Source of the DNA: a virus
Lineage: Duplodnaviria > Heunggongvirae > Uroviricota > Caudoviricetes
Strand: one strand, 5' to 3'
Virus record (IMG/VR): IMGVR_UViG_3300006139_000005
Span: 26,050-90,049 of that record
Length of the DNA: 64,000 nt
The notes beneath the pieces are model-generated. The model saw only the letters and a list, made by a program, of their open reading frames with translations. It was not told the DNA's origin and made no database searches. Numbering within the stretch: position 1 is the first letter of the stretch; every line of letters begins with the position of its first letter. Of this stretch, positions 8,221-16,745 are shown one piece after another. The position numbers and the translations under genes were made by a program.

Positions 8221-8248
8221 TTAGCAAATAGCTGTTTTATTCTGTAAT
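8221..8248 (+). promoter_or_regulatory. TTAGCA-N16-TGTAAT promoter module
   Basis: motif match; unusually long structured leader 8255-8320. Confidence 0.5.
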
Positions 8249-8332
8249 AAGAATAGGACAAGCGTGGAGCCGCTGAAACATCTGCGGCAGGCCAAAAGCC
8301 CACGCCACAAAATACAGAACGGAGGCATGACA

Positions 8333-9094
8333 ATGAAAGAATACATGATCGACGACATCCAGGCCATGACGGAGGCGGAGGCCGCTGCTATTGCGCTGGA
8401 AACGCTGGATGTAAAAGGACATACGATTTACTTGGTGGACTTCGGCGGCTACTTCGGATATAGCTGTCTGGTGTTCAAGAACGGACATCACATCTACTAT
8501 GCGAACGACTACGAGTTGCATCACAAGTGGAGAAAAGCGACACAGGAGCAGTTGCGGGAGGTGTATTTGCAGAAGATGCAGGACATTCTCTTTACACCGA
8601 AGGAGATTGCCGCTCCCCTATCGGACTATACCGACTACCATCGCCGTGAGTATTATCTGCGGAACTACTACGGGATGCAGGAGGATCACATCTCCATGTT
8701 CTGCGCTGGCGGTGGTACGGAACAGGAGCGAGCGGAACGGAAGAAAGAGATCGACAAGATGATTTTCAACCCTATCTGTTTCGCCTACTATACCAACGCC
8801 GAGTTTGTGCAGGAACACAATGCGCTTTTCGAGTTGCTGGAAGCGGTGCGGAACGCTGTAGATGACAATTTTGACTATTGGAAATCCGCTTTTAAGTACG
8901 AGATGGCAAACCATGAGTACGCAATCAACTGGCAGGCGGACTATGATACCCTGGGGGCGTTTGGAAACATCCAGTATCACGGCCACGATGATAACGAGGT
9001 TGACCAGTATTTTGATGAGCTGAATTTTACGGAGACACAAAGAAAAGCGTACTGGGCCGCAAGACGGGAGTATATGCGGGAAGCCAACTATTAA
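8333..9094 (+). CDS. hypothetical protein
   Basis: GGAGG RBS 7 nt before ATG 8333; 253 aa. Confidence 0.55.
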   Translation: MKEYMIDDIQAMTEAEAAAIALETLDVKGHTIYLVDFGGYFGYSCLVFKNGHHIYYANDYELHHKWRKATQEQLREVYLQKMQDILFTPKEIAAPLSDYTDYHRREYYLRNYYGMQEDHISMFCAGGGTEQERAERKKEIDKMIFNPICFAYYTNAEFVQEHNALFELLEAVRNAVDDNFDYWKSAFKYEMANHEYAINWQADYDTLGAFGNIQYHGHDDNEVDQYFDELNFTETQRKAYWAARREYMREANY

Positions 9095-9139
9095 AATAGT
9101 GGAGGCCGAGAGAAATCTCGGCCAAAACTTATTTTATGG

Positions 9140-9167
9140 TTAGCAAATGCAGATAATCGGCTGTAAT
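9140..9167 (+). promoter_or_regulatory. TTAGCA-N16-TGTAAT promoter module
   Basis: motif match. Confidence 0.5.
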
Positions 9168-9187
9168 AACAAATAGGAGGCGAGGTA

Positions 9188-9376
9188 TTGAAACAATATT
9201 TTGTCGGAGGCCGAGAAATCACTGAGGCAGAGGCCAAAGAGATTGAGGCGAAAAATCAAGAGATTCTGAGGTGCGGGACGATTGAAGAATTATTGAAAAT
9301 TCAACCCATCACATACAAGGAGGTTTGGCATGAAGAAGATCGTGGAATTTCAGGCGGCGATTATGAGCAATTATGA
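9188..9376 (+). CDS. small hypothetical protein (TTG start)
   Basis: GGAGG 7 nt before TTG; 3' end overlaps the next gene by 47 nt. Confidence 0.3.
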   Translation: MKQYFVGGREITEAEAKEIEAKNQEILRCGTIEELLKIQPITYKEVWHEEDRGISGGDYEQL

Positions 9377-9737
9377 AGGATATGTTTCGCTGTGCCAGTT
9401 TGATCGAGACAAGCCCTGGGGACAAGGTGTGAAGCGTGTCTATCTGGGCAAGCGGGAAAACTATGATAATGCGGGCCATTATGACAATTCGGACGATTCG
9501 CTGGTTTATATTTCAGACAATCTAAAAATGGATAGCCTTTTATCTGGAAGCGGCTGGGTGGTGTCTCAGCAGGAGATGATCGACAATGGTGCTTTTACCG
9601 TCGAGGACTATGCGGAGTTTGCCGCCCTACGGAACGGTCTGCTAAAGCAGTTCAAGGAAACAAGGGTGGTCAAATTCTCTATTGACATTGACAAGCCTGG
9701 GAGCGGGACGCCGTTTCGTTTTCCTGAATGGATCTGA
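9330..9737 (+). CDS. hypothetical protein
   Basis: AAGGAGG RBS; 135 aa. Confidence 0.5.
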   Translation: MKKIVEFQAAIMSNYEGYVSLCQFDRDKPWGQGVKRVYLGKRENYDNAGHYDNSDDSLVYISDNLKMDSLLSGSGWVVSQQEMIDNGAFTVEDYAEFAALRNGLLKQFKETRVVKFSIDIDKPGSGTPFRFPEWI

Positions 9738-9741
9738 GTGG

Positions 9742-9769
9742 TTAGCAAATACATAGGAAGCGCTGTAAT
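9742..9769 (+). promoter_or_regulatory. TTAGCA-N16-TGTAAT promoter module
   Basis: motif starts 5 nt after the previous stop codon. Confidence 0.5.
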
Positions 9770-9808
9770 AAGAATAGAGGCCACAAATTTTTGACGGAGG
9801 TATCTGTT

Positions 9809-10240
9809 ATGTACGATATTGAAAAGCTGGTTGGCATCGTTTGTGATTTGCTGGAAGCGGAGGAAGAGGTTAGAAGGTACAATCTGGAAATCCGCAAGGC
9901 AAAGGGCTATATGCCTGATACGATGCTGTGGATTCCGTCGCTGGGCGGTTCGGAGGCATATCGGCTGGGCGAGCTGTCTGAGCGGTCTGCCCGAAGTTCT
10001 CGGATTCTGGCGGACATCTGTGCTATGCTGGACATTGACCAGACTCTGTTGATCGCCGCTGTGAAGTCTATGCAGCGCAAGGAGCGCCACAACGGTCGCT
10101 GGGACAATAAAAATTATACGTGTTGGATGAATCGGGGCGATAAAGAACGGCTGGCGAAATTTCTTCAGATTGGAGATGTGTGGATGAAGCAGCACTATAA
10201 GAGCACTTGCCGTAAGATGCCTTGGTGTGAGGAAAAATAA
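9809..10240 (+). CDS. hypothetical protein
   Basis: GGAGG RBS; 143 aa. Confidence 0.55.
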   Translation: MYDIEKLVGIVCDLLEAEEEVRRYNLEIRKAKGYMPDTMLWIPSLGGSEAYRLGELSERSARSSRILADICAMLDIDQTLLIAAVKSMQRKERHNGRWDNKNYTCWMNRGDKERLAKFLQIGDVWMKQHYKSTCRKMPWCEEK

Positions 10241-10246
10241 AAATTA

Positions 10247-10287
10247 GGGGAGATGGTTAGCAAGACCGTCTCCCCTATTGTTATTTA
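10247..10287 (+). terminator. terminator hairpin with the TTAGCA promoter motif in its loop
   Basis: GGGGAGATGG-ttagcaaga-CCGTCTCCCC followed by T-rich tail. Confidence 0.55.
10257..10284 (+). promoter_or_regulatory. TTAGCA-N16-TGTTAT promoter module
   Basis: -35 element embedded in the terminator loop. Confidence 0.4.
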
Positions 10288-10335
10288 TAATGGGAGGCAT
10301 CCCAAATAAAAAATCATAAAACGGAGGGCTACAAG

Positions 10336-10662
10336 ATGAGCAAGATTTACATGATCGGTGAGCGGAACGGTAAGAAGTACGTTGCGCACGTGGACAAGAC
10401 CGGTGCCGCCGTGCTGGACAACTCTGTGGAGATCACCAAGGCGGAGTACCGCCGCCACCGCGCCGCTGGTGTACCGAGCTGGGGCGAGGAGCAGACGGCC
10501 AAGGCCAGGGCGCTCCACCGCGACCCCAAGCGGGCGAGCCGGTGGGCGGCGAGGGCTGCGAAGGCCCGCAAGGAGGCGCGGGACATGGAGAACGAGCGGC
10601 TGATGGACTTGCAGAGGCGGAAAGCCAAAGCCGATACGGAGCGTGCGCAGATCACCGCATGA
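10336..10662 (+). CDS. basic Arg/Ala-rich hypothetical protein
   Basis: GGAGGG RBS; 108 aa; locally higher GC than neighbours. Confidence 0.5.
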   Translation: MSKIYMIGERNGKKYVAHVDKTGAAVLDNSVEITKAEYRRHRAAGVPSWGEEQTAKARALHRDPKRASRWAARAAKARKEARDMENERLMDLQRRKAKADTERAQITA

Positions 10663-10667
10663 GATGG

Positions 10668-10704
10668 CGGGGAGAGGATAAAACCTCTCCCCGTTTTTTA
10701 TTTT
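10668..10704 (+). terminator. rho-independent terminator
   Basis: CGGGGAGAGG-ataaaa-CCTCTCCCCG followed by T6. Confidence 0.65.
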
Positions 10705-10708
10705 GCCG

Positions 10709-10737
10709 GTTAGCAAATATTCAATGCTCCATGTAAT
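10709..10737 (+). promoter_or_regulatory. TTAGCA-N17-TGTAAT promoter module
   Basis: motif match. Confidence 0.5.
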
Positions 10738-10756
10738 AGTAATGGGAGGTGTCAGT

Positions 10757-11272
10757 ATGGACATGAACATTATATATGATGAAATGCGTCGGCTGGATAA
10801 AATTTCTGGACTGGACACCAGAAACATTCCAGTGCGTATCTCTTCCAGGATGACGAAGGGCTGGGGATCGTGCCGTTACTGCTACGAGCGGAGAAAGTAT
10901 CAGATCAAGGAACTGGTTTTTGCGAAACGCCTTTTAGAGCGTGGCACGATGGAACATATCTTGAACGTCGTGCGTCACGAGTATGCCCATGCCTATGTGA
11001 CATTGACATATAATCATCACCATGGCCACGACGCTGTGTGGAAACGGGTGGCGTTGTTGTTCGGATGCAACGCAAAGCGTTGTGAGAACTTTGACGAGGT
11101 GGATAGTGTTTACAAGTACAAAGTGATCTGTCGGGGCTGTGGTAGCGTAAGCCGGTATCAGCGGAAAGCTGGCATTGTAAAGGAGTTGGAAGTAAACCCT
11201 GATTCAACACGGTTTTACTGCTGTAAATGCCATAGTCATAAATTTATTTTGGAAAAGGTTAGCAATAGTTAA
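10757..11272 (+). CDS. SprT-like zinc metallopeptidase-domain protein with C-terminal zinc ribbon
   Basis: VVRHEYAHAY HExxH within SprT-like context (W..G.C...I.....L); CRGCG...CCKCH ribbon. Confidence 0.6.
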   Translation: MDMNIIYDEMRRLDKISGLDTRNIPVRISSRMTKGWGSCRYCYERRKYQIKELVFAKRLLERGTMEHILNVVRHEYAHAYVTLTYNHHHGHDAVWKRVALLFGCNAKRCENFDEVDSVYKYKVICRGCGSVSRYQRKAGIVKELEVNPDSTRFYCCKCHSHKFILEKVSNS

Positions 11273-11286
11273 TTTTTGGCTGTAAT
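11259..11286 (+). promoter_or_regulatory. TTAGCA-N16-TGTAAT promoter module overlapping the 3' end of the previous gene
   Basis: motif match. Confidence 0.5.
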
Positions 11287-11305
11287 ATCAATGGAGGTGT
11301 TCAAC

Positions 11306-11626
11306 ATGACAACAAAAACTGACTATCATGCTATCATGGAACTGCGGGACAAATATACGCCGGCAGAGCGAGGCATCGTTAATGCGGCTGAGATGGAGAT
11401 AATCAACTCTATTCTGGAAGTCAAGACCAGAAACAACATTGAGCTTCAAAATATCCGCGACGTTGTAGTTATGCTCTATGGGCGGTGGAGCGATACAATG
11501 CGTGAGAAATACCAGCGCGACCACGATAAAGAGGCGTTTGATAAGTCTATGGAGTATATGGACGCTATGAGCGCAATCTGTTGTGTGGTTGACCAGGAAA
11601 AATTCAGTCGCGGGTTGGATGTATAG
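11306..11626 (+). CDS. hypothetical protein
   Basis: GGAGGTG RBS; 106 aa. Confidence 0.55.
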   Translation: MTTKTDYHAIMELRDKYTPAERGIVNAAEMEIINSILEVKTRNNIELQNIRDVVVMLYGRWSDTMREKYQRDHDKEAFDKSMEYMDAMSAICCVVDQEKFSRGLDV

Positions 11627-11632
11627 AGATTT

Positions 11633-11668
11633 GGCGGACTGGTGGAAACACTGGCCCGCCTTTTTTTC
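11633..11668 (+). terminator. rho-independent terminator
   Basis: GGCGGACTGGTGG-aaa-CACTGGCCCGCC followed by T7. Confidence 0.65.
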
Positions 11669-11689
11669 TTTTCCTTTGGTTAGCAAAAC

Positions 11690-11717
11690 TTCTTTATTAT
11701 TTGTAAATACAATAGGA
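11690..11717 (+). promoter_or_regulatory. TTAGCA-N16-TGTAAA promoter module
   Basis: motif match. Confidence 0.45.
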
Positions 11718-11726
11718 GGTGTCAAC

Positions 11727-12011
11727 ATGAAAAACGCAAAGCAAATTTGTACCACTGTGATGGAAGCTCTGAACACCGGAAAATCTGTTTTCCTAACAGA
11801 TGGAACGGTAACACGTGAAGTAGTCCAGGTTGAAATTTCCAACTGGGGATTCTCAAAGGACACCTTTGATGTAATGGTAATTGATGGATGTGGAAATAAG
11901 GTCTGGATACAAATTCGCATTGTGTGGCCGTGGGATGAGCTGGATAGCTATGGCATGGTCGAGTTTGATGGTGCTTTGTATATTGCTCCTGACTGGTGGA
12001 TTGAAATTTAA
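11727..12011 (+). CDS. hypothetical protein
   Basis: AGGAGGTG RBS; 94 aa. Confidence 0.55.
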   Translation: MKNAKQICTTVMEALNTGKSVFLTDGTVTREVVQVEISNWGFSKDTFDVMVIDGCGNKVWIQIRIVWPWDELDSYGMVEFDGALYIAPDWWIEI

Positions 12012-12019
12012 GATACTGG

Positions 12020-12047
12020 TTAGCAAATATGGCTATGCCACTATAAT
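12020..12047 (+). promoter_or_regulatory. TTAGCA-N16-TATAAT promoter module
   Basis: this copy has a perfect -10 hexamer TATAAT. Confidence 0.55.
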
Positions 12048-12068
12048 ATAAATAGGAGGTGTTTCAAA

Positions 12069-12557
12069 ATGAAAATTTGCAAAACTTGCGGAAAACCTAT
12101 TTGGGACGATGAGAACGATGATCTGGCTTATACCGTAAATTCTGGCATCCCTGGCAAGGAATATGTGGAGTGCGAGAGCTGCCACGACTATTCCGTTGAC
12201 CAGCACAAGATTATCCAGTGCGAAGCCTGCGGTGAGTGGTTCTCCAACGATGTGCTACATGACGATGATGAGGAGATCGGCGGGGATTCGTTCTGTTCCT
12301 GTCCTTCCTGCGGCAAGGATATCGTAGATGGCATGACCCGTGAGGAACGGCGGCAGGAGGATGATGACGCCTACATCCCGCAATATTCCATTGTGGTTCA
12401 GTTTACAAACGGCGGGAGCCGTGGGTTCCTGATCTCTGCTGAGGATAAGCGGCAGGCGCTGGAAAAGCTGATGGACAAGCTGGGCGAGGGCAACACCGCC
12501 TGCATGGATTCTATTCATATTGGGTTTGTCTATCTGGACGAAGATATTATTTCTTAA
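12069..12557 (+). CDS. acidic zinc-ribbon protein
   Basis: CKTCG...CESCH...CEACG...CSCPSCG; D/E-rich; 162 aa. Confidence 0.55.
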   Translation: MKICKTCGKPIWDDENDDLAYTVNSGIPGKEYVECESCHDYSVDQHKIIQCEACGEWFSNDVLHDDDEEIGGDSFCSCPSCGKDIVDGMTREERRQEDDDAYIPQYSIVVQFTNGGSRGFLISAEDKRQALEKLMDKLGEGNTACMDSIHIGFVYLDEDIIS

Positions 12558-12569
12558 TGGGAGGATGCT

Positions 12570-12779
12570 ATGGAGTTTAAGGTAAACAATGGACGAACAA
12601 TTAAGTTGGAGCAGTCCGAACCGGATGGCCCGGTGAGCGTCACAACCTGGGAAGCTCCTGACCGTGACGGGAATGTAGGCTGTGATAGTGAGTACACTAT
12701 CTCCCCTGGGGACTTTGTGATGATGCTGAACTGGTATTGTCACCAGAAACGGATGGGCAACACGGACTTGAATTTCTGA
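12570..12779 (+). CDS. hypothetical protein (second gene of the cassette)
   Basis: GGGAGG RBS; 69 aa. Confidence 0.5.
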   Translation: MEFKVNNGRTIKLEQSEPDGPVSVTTWEAPDRDGNVGCDSEYTISPGDFVMMLNWYCHQKRMGNTDLNF

Positions 12780-12785
12780 TTGAAC

Positions 12786-12820
12786 GGGACGCCACATTTA
12801 GTAGCGTCCCGTTTTTATTT
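12786..12820 (+). terminator. rho-independent terminator
   Basis: GGGACGC-cacatttagta-GCGTCCC followed by T5. Confidence 0.6.
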
Positions 12821-12830
12821 TTCAGAATGG

Positions 12831-12858
12831 TTAGCAAATGTGGGCGCGTAGCTGTAAT
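12831..12858 (+). promoter_or_regulatory. TTAGCA-N16-TGTAAT promoter module
   Basis: motif match. Confidence 0.5.
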
Positions 12859-12877
12859 AAAAATAGGAGGTGCGATT

Positions 12878-13237
12878 ATGAGCTATCGTTATTATTCTTC
12901 TCAACGTCCGGTCACTCCTGGGAGTTTTCCGAAGCCAGTTGGCAATCGTATTCTGGAGATTGTCAACTTTGATGAGAGGACGCCGTGCTATGATGCCAAC
13001 TGCGACGCATGGGGCTATATCGAGTATGAGAAACCTTTGGGTGAGGAACTGGCCCGGTGCTATGAGCTGGTAAAGCAGAAGTATCCGCTGTATATCAAGT
13101 GCGGCGAGTACATTGGCCGGTTCCAGTATGAGGAGTCAAAAGGCATCCCGATTTATCGGTTCCCTGGTGGTGATCGTGTTGGAGATAATTTTGAGATCGA
13201 GCATGGTAGCAACAATATGGATGACTTGAAAGACTGA
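12878..13237 (+). CDS. hypothetical protein
   Basis: AGGAGGTG RBS; 119 aa. Confidence 0.55.
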   Translation: MSYRYYSSQRPVTPGSFPKPVGNRILEIVNFDERTPCYDANCDAWGYIEYEKPLGEELARCYELVKQKYPLYIKCGEYIGRFQYEESKGIPIYRFPGGDRVGDNFEIEHGSNNMDDLKD

Positions 13238-13242
13238 TTGGA

Positions 13243-13275
13243 GGCGGGGAGAAAATTCCCCGCCTTTTCATTTTG
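13243..13275 (+). terminator. rho-independent terminator
   Basis: GGCGGGGA-gaaaat-TCCCCGCC followed by TTTT. Confidence 0.6.
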
Positions 13276-13278
13276 TGG

Positions 13279-13306
13279 TTAGCGGCAAACAAAATCATTG
13301 TGTAAT
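13279..13306 (+). promoter_or_regulatory. TTAGCG-N16-TGTAAT promoter module (variant fused with the CAAACAAAATCA motif)
   Basis: motif match. Confidence 0.45.
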
Positions 13307-13326
13307 AGTAATAGGAGGTGGACACG

Positions 13327-13530
13327 ATGCAATCGTTCACAAAAAATGAGGTGGCCTGGACGCTGGATGCAATCAAGCTGACAGCTGAATATTACAATAC
13401 ACATTCCCGTCGCACATCTGGTATGGAGGCATCGTTGGCGGCTCTGAGATCGGAGCAGCTGACAGCTATCGCTGATAAGCTGAACCGTGCGCTGGACGCT
13501 GGAAACAAGCGCATCGAGATCAAATATTGA
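13327..13530 (+). CDS. hypothetical protein
   Basis: GGAGGTG RBS; 67 aa. Confidence 0.5.
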   Translation: MQSFTKNEVAWTLDAIKLTAEYYNTHSRRTSGMEASLAALRSEQLTAIADKLNRALDAGNKRIEIKY

Positions 13531-13545
13531 TAGGAGGAAAATAAA

Positions 13546-13722
13546 TTGAGTAAGCGGATGGAGCAGAAATTGATGGGACTGGCGCTGCTGGTTATCTGCG
13601 CTTTTGTGCTGTGGCTGTGTTCTACTGGCACAACTCCAGAAGATCAGGATGCCACGGCTGTGGTTCTGCTGGCTCCTCTTGGGCTGTGGATGCTATTTAC
13701 CAAGGACATTGTGATTTATTAA
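13546..13722 (+). CDS. small two-helix membrane protein (TTG start, alternative ATG at 13558)
   Basis: TAGGAGG RBS; LMGLALLVICAFVLWLC...AVVLLAPLGLWMLF hydrophobic segments; below the ORF-track length cutoff. Confidence 0.35.
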   Translation: MSKRMEQKLMGLALLVICAFVLWLCSTGTTPEDQDATAVVLLAPLGLWMLFTKDIVIY

Positions 13723-13734
13723 GGGGGATGCGTT

Positions 13735-14007
13735 ATGAAAAAGGTATTTCATGTGACGAGATCGACGAAAACCGGCAAGCCTATGGACATCGGGGACTTC
13801 TCCACGGTGGAGCAGGCACAGGAGGCTATGCTGAAGCACTACAAGGAAACGCCGAAGCGTGGGCATTTCTGGTATCGGATTTCCGAGGAGGAGTTGAAAG
13901 AGATCAACGGCGTTGAGTATCGGCAATTTTGCATGGTGATTGTTGGTGGAAACAGGCCGTACAACAGGAGGTTTGACGGGAATGAGTTGAAAGAGCTGGC
14001 AAGCTGA
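13735..14007 (+). CDS. hypothetical protein
   Basis: AAGGGGG RBS; 90 aa. Confidence 0.5.
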   Translation: MKKVFHVTRSTKTGKPMDIGDFSTVEQAQEAMLKHYKETPKRGHFWYRISEEELKEINGVEYRQFCMVIVGGNRPYNRRFDGNELKELAS

Positions 14008-14013
14008 AATTTT

Positions 14014-14050
14014 GGGGAGGGCATTAGCTCTCCCCTATTTTATTTTCTGG
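14014..14050 (+). terminator. rho-independent terminator
   Basis: GGGGAG-ggcattag-CTCTCCCC followed by T-rich tail. Confidence 0.5.
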
Positions 14051-14055
14051 ACTGG

Positions 14056-14083
14056 TTAGCAAGAATACAAATCGGCTTGTAAA
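14056..14083 (+). promoter_or_regulatory. TTAGCA-N16-TGTAAA promoter module
   Basis: motif match. Confidence 0.45.
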
Positions 14084-14126
14084 TATAATAGGCATCGGCC
14101 AACAAAAAAGGAGGACAAGGAGAAAT

Positions 14127-14360
14127 ATGGAAGAATTGAAGAAGTATCACGAAGCCGCTTACTACGACTGTGATGACATTGCAGCGAAGCTGATCGAGTT
14201 GTCCGATCTGGGTTCCGATGTGGAGGATACTAAGGCACTTCACGAGGCCGTATCTGATGCTTTGTATCAGCTCAAGGCCACGGCACAAAACCCGTACAAC
14301 TGTGATTACTACCGTGTGCTCTACAATGTACTTTTGAAGATCACTGGACTTGATTTTTAA
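14127..14360 (+). CDS. hypothetical protein
   Basis: AAGGAGG RBS; 77 aa. Confidence 0.5.
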   Translation: MEELKKYHEAAYYDCDDIAAKLIELSDLGSDVEDTKALHEAVSDALYQLKATAQNPYNCDYYRVLYNVLLKITGLDF

Positions 14361-14374
14361 GGGAGGAAACGGAA

Positions 14375-14617
14375 ATGTATATGACAAAAGAGAAGTTTGA
14401 TGAGATCAAACGGAAACACAATACGCTCCTGATAATGGACGATGACACGAGTGAAGCGTTTGAATTTGTCCAGGAGCTGTTGGCGGCTGAGGCGGATGCA
14501 CTGAAAGAAAAATGTGCCTATGCCACCAGGTCGATCAAAGAGATGGAGAACGCCGCCCACGAGGTTTTCTCCATGCTCCAGGAAATTGAAGATGAGCAGT
14601 TTGGGGATGGGGATTAA
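14375..14617 (+). CDS. acidic hypothetical protein
   Basis: GGGAGG RBS; 80 aa, D/E-rich. Confidence 0.5.
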   Translation: MYMTKEKFDEIKRKHNTLLIMDDDTSEAFEFVQELLAAEADALKEKCAYATRSIKEMENAAHEVFSMLQEIEDEQFGDGD

Positions 14618-14657
14618 ACCCTGTCCCCATTCTTTTTTGAAAAACTTTTCTTTATGG

Positions 14658-14685
14658 TTAGCAGATTCCGATTTTCGGCTGTAAA
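14658..14685 (+). promoter_or_regulatory. TTAGCA-N16-TGTAAA promoter module
   Basis: motif match. Confidence 0.45.
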
Positions 14686-14732
14686 TAGAATGTAGAGAGT
14701 TTCACAACAAATTTTTGATGGAGGTTCGAGCT

Positions 14733-15269
14733 ATGAGCGCTATGAATTTTGAGATAATGAGGGACTTCCCTCTGTTCGCTAAAAACTATATGGCCGAGGT
14801 CAAACGCTGCCCTGTGTGCGGTGCGATTCAGGATATAGAGAGCGAAGTCTGCGAGTTCTGTGAGACGGACGAGCTGGAAAGCGGCTATGAGTTCGACAGC
14901 TTGGCCTGTTCTATGGATTGGGATGAGATCACCGCCGAGATGGATGAGTTTAACCGTGAGCTTTTGTTCCACAAATTGTCCATGAAGAACGGCTACTATT
15001 CCGGTGTTCAATTTATCGTAGATACTGAGCATGACTTAATGGAATACGACTACGACAACGATGAGTGCCACTACTACTTTGATTGCTGCCGGAGTGTGGC
15101 CTATCGGAAGTGCGCCGCTGAGGTGCGGAAGATCAACCGCTGGATGGCGAAGTTGGCACAACGCTACGGATTTGAGGAGCTTGTGTGTACCAGTGTCTTT
15201 TCAAATGGCGAAGCGTCGTATGCACCAGCCTCTAATTCCCGTGCCCGTCTGTACTCTGCTGTTGCATGA
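14733..15269 (+). CDS. Cys-rich hypothetical protein
   Basis: GGAGG RBS; CPVCG...CEFCE zinc ribbon; 178 aa. Confidence 0.55.
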   Translation: MSAMNFEIMRDFPLFAKNYMAEVKRCPVCGAIQDIESEVCEFCETDELESGYEFDSLACSMDWDEITAEMDEFNRELLFHKLSMKNGYYSGVQFIVDTEHDLMEYDYDNDECHYYFDCCRSVAYRKCAAEVRKINRWMAKLAQRYGFEELVCTSVFSNGEASYAPASNSRARLYSAVA

Positions 15270-15275
15270 TGGAAA

Positions 15276-15303
15276 AGCCCGCCGAAAACGGCGGGCTTTT
15301 TTA
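15276..15303 (+). terminator. rho-independent terminator
   Basis: AGCCCGCCG-aaaa-CGGCGGGCT followed by T6. Confidence 0.65.
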
Positions 15304-15312
15304 TTTGAATGG

Positions 15313-15340
15313 TTAGCAAATATCTTCTTCTCTCTGTAAT
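15313..15340 (+). promoter_or_regulatory. TTAGCA-N16-TGTAAT promoter module
   Basis: motif match. Confidence 0.5.
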
Positions 15341-15379
15341 TACAATATAGGCCACAAAAACAACAAGGAGGAATTAACT

Positions 15380-15817
15380 ATGAAAATTTACATTCTGATT
15401 CACGAGCAGGATACCGATGCTGCCTGGGGCTGTAATGTGAAGCCGTTTACGGATAAACAGGCTGCGTTGGATGCTATGCGGGCCGACTGGCAAGAGACGG
15501 TCAAAGATTGGGATTACACTTCCAAGGAGCACAATAGCGATGACGAGTGCGAGTGCCGCGAGGATGGCGCTGTGATCCGTGACGGTGACGATGTGGAATC
15601 CTGGCGCATTGAGGAGCACAATTTGGATGTGCAGATGGCCGTAGAGGTCAAGGGTGGTTTGGTTCAGAATATCTACGCTAACGCCGATGTGTACGCTGAT
15701 GTGTACGATCTGGACGTATCCAGCTTTCCTGACGACGGAGAGGAGGACGAGGCTGACCGAAAAGAGGCCGAGTTGAATGAGCTGGTCAATTCTCCTGGCT
15801 GGCGGAATGTGTGGTAA
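15380..15817 (+). CDS. highly acidic protein (candidate DNA-mimic, Ocr-like)
   Basis: AAGGAGG RBS; 145 aa with about 30 percent D/E incl. DDGEEDEAD run. Confidence 0.5.
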   Translation: MKIYILIHEQDTDAAWGCNVKPFTDKQAALDAMRADWQETVKDWDYTSKEHNSDDECECREDGAVIRDGDDVESWRIEEHNLDVQMAVEVKGGLVQNIYANADVYADVYDLDVSSFPDDGEEDEADRKEAELNELVNSPGWRNVW

Positions 15818-15830
15818 AGGAGGAAATGCG

Positions 15831-16193
15831 ATGAAAGAACCGTTTGATATCCATTCCCAGGAGGAATTGGCCGAGATGATAGAACGTAATGAGAACTTTG
15901 ACGGGCAGCGTGCAGATTTTGCCAAGCTGAAACTATACCAGGAGATCAAGACAGAGCTGACCGACTTTTTGCAGCTGTGCGACGATGTTTTGCGACTGGA
16001 AGAGATTAAGCCTAACAAGTACGAGCGAAACGCATTGATCTCTTTGGATGTAAAAATCGTTTCCACCTTCGATAAAGATGAAACTGCTATGTTGACTTCG
16101 ATTATGAATAAGGCTGATCTTGTGACCGTTAGTGCGGTGGGTGGAAAGTTCATCCGATATTCTTTTGGCGTGGAAGATGTCTGGATTGATTAA
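15831..16193 (+). CDS. hypothetical protein
   Basis: AAGGAGG RBS; 120 aa. Confidence 0.55.
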   Translation: MKEPFDIHSQEELAEMIERNENFDGQRADFAKLKLYQEIKTELTDFLQLCDDVLRLEEIKPNKYERNALISLDVKIVSTFDKDETAMLTSIMNKADLVTVSAVGGKFIRYSFGVEDVWID

Positions 16194-16199
16194 AACTGG

Positions 16200-16227
16200 T
16201 TAGCAAATGATAGATTTTGTCTGTGAT
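16200..16227 (+). promoter_or_regulatory. TTAGCA-N16-TGTGAT promoter module
   Basis: motif starts 7 nt after the previous stop. Confidence 0.45.
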
Positions 16228-16246
16228 TATAATAGGAGGTGCGCAA

Positions 16247-16666
16247 ATGAACAATTTGAGAGATAAGATTGCGGAAACCAAGGCTGAGTATCAGCGGCGC
16301 TATGGCAAGCTGGACTGGAAGTTTACTGATGAGGGCTTGCCTTGGGCTATCCAAGATTACCACGGGAGCGTGGGTTCCGTGATGGGCTTTACCGAGAATG
16401 ACTGGCTGGCCTGCAAAGAGAATGGATGGACGTTGGAGGCTATCTGCCAGCTTTGTGATGAGCTGTGGTTCAACGCCGAGGTAGAAAGTCTTTCTTGGTA
16501 TCTGGATGTCCGTATGGGAGATTGGAAAGATAGCAACGGCGGCATTGAAAAAGAAATTAAGGATGACGAAGTTCCACAGGATGTGGTTGTAGGTTTCGTG
16601 TCTGATTTTTATAAGTGGCGCAAAGAGCTGTTGCCAATGGCGGAAAAAGTTTATGGCAATGGTTAG
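16247..16666 (+). CDS. hypothetical protein
   Basis: AGGAGGTG RBS; 139 aa; its TAG stop lies inside the next GGTTAGCAA motif. Confidence 0.55.
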   Translation: MNNLRDKIAETKAEYQRRYGKLDWKFTDEGLPWAIQDYHGSVGSVMGFTENDWLACKENGWTLEAICQLCDELWFNAEVESLSWYLDVRMGDWKDSNGGIEKEIKDDEVPQDVVVGFVSDFYKWRKELLPMAEKVYGNG

Positions 16667-16690
16667 CAAGTGCTATTTCGGCGCTGTAAT
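16663..16690 (+). promoter_or_regulatory. TTAGCA-N16-TGTAAT promoter module
   Basis: motif match. Confidence 0.5.
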
Positions 16691-16745
16691 AACAATGTAG
16701 GTATTCACAACAAAATCACCACATAAAATTTAGGAGGTTTGCAAA

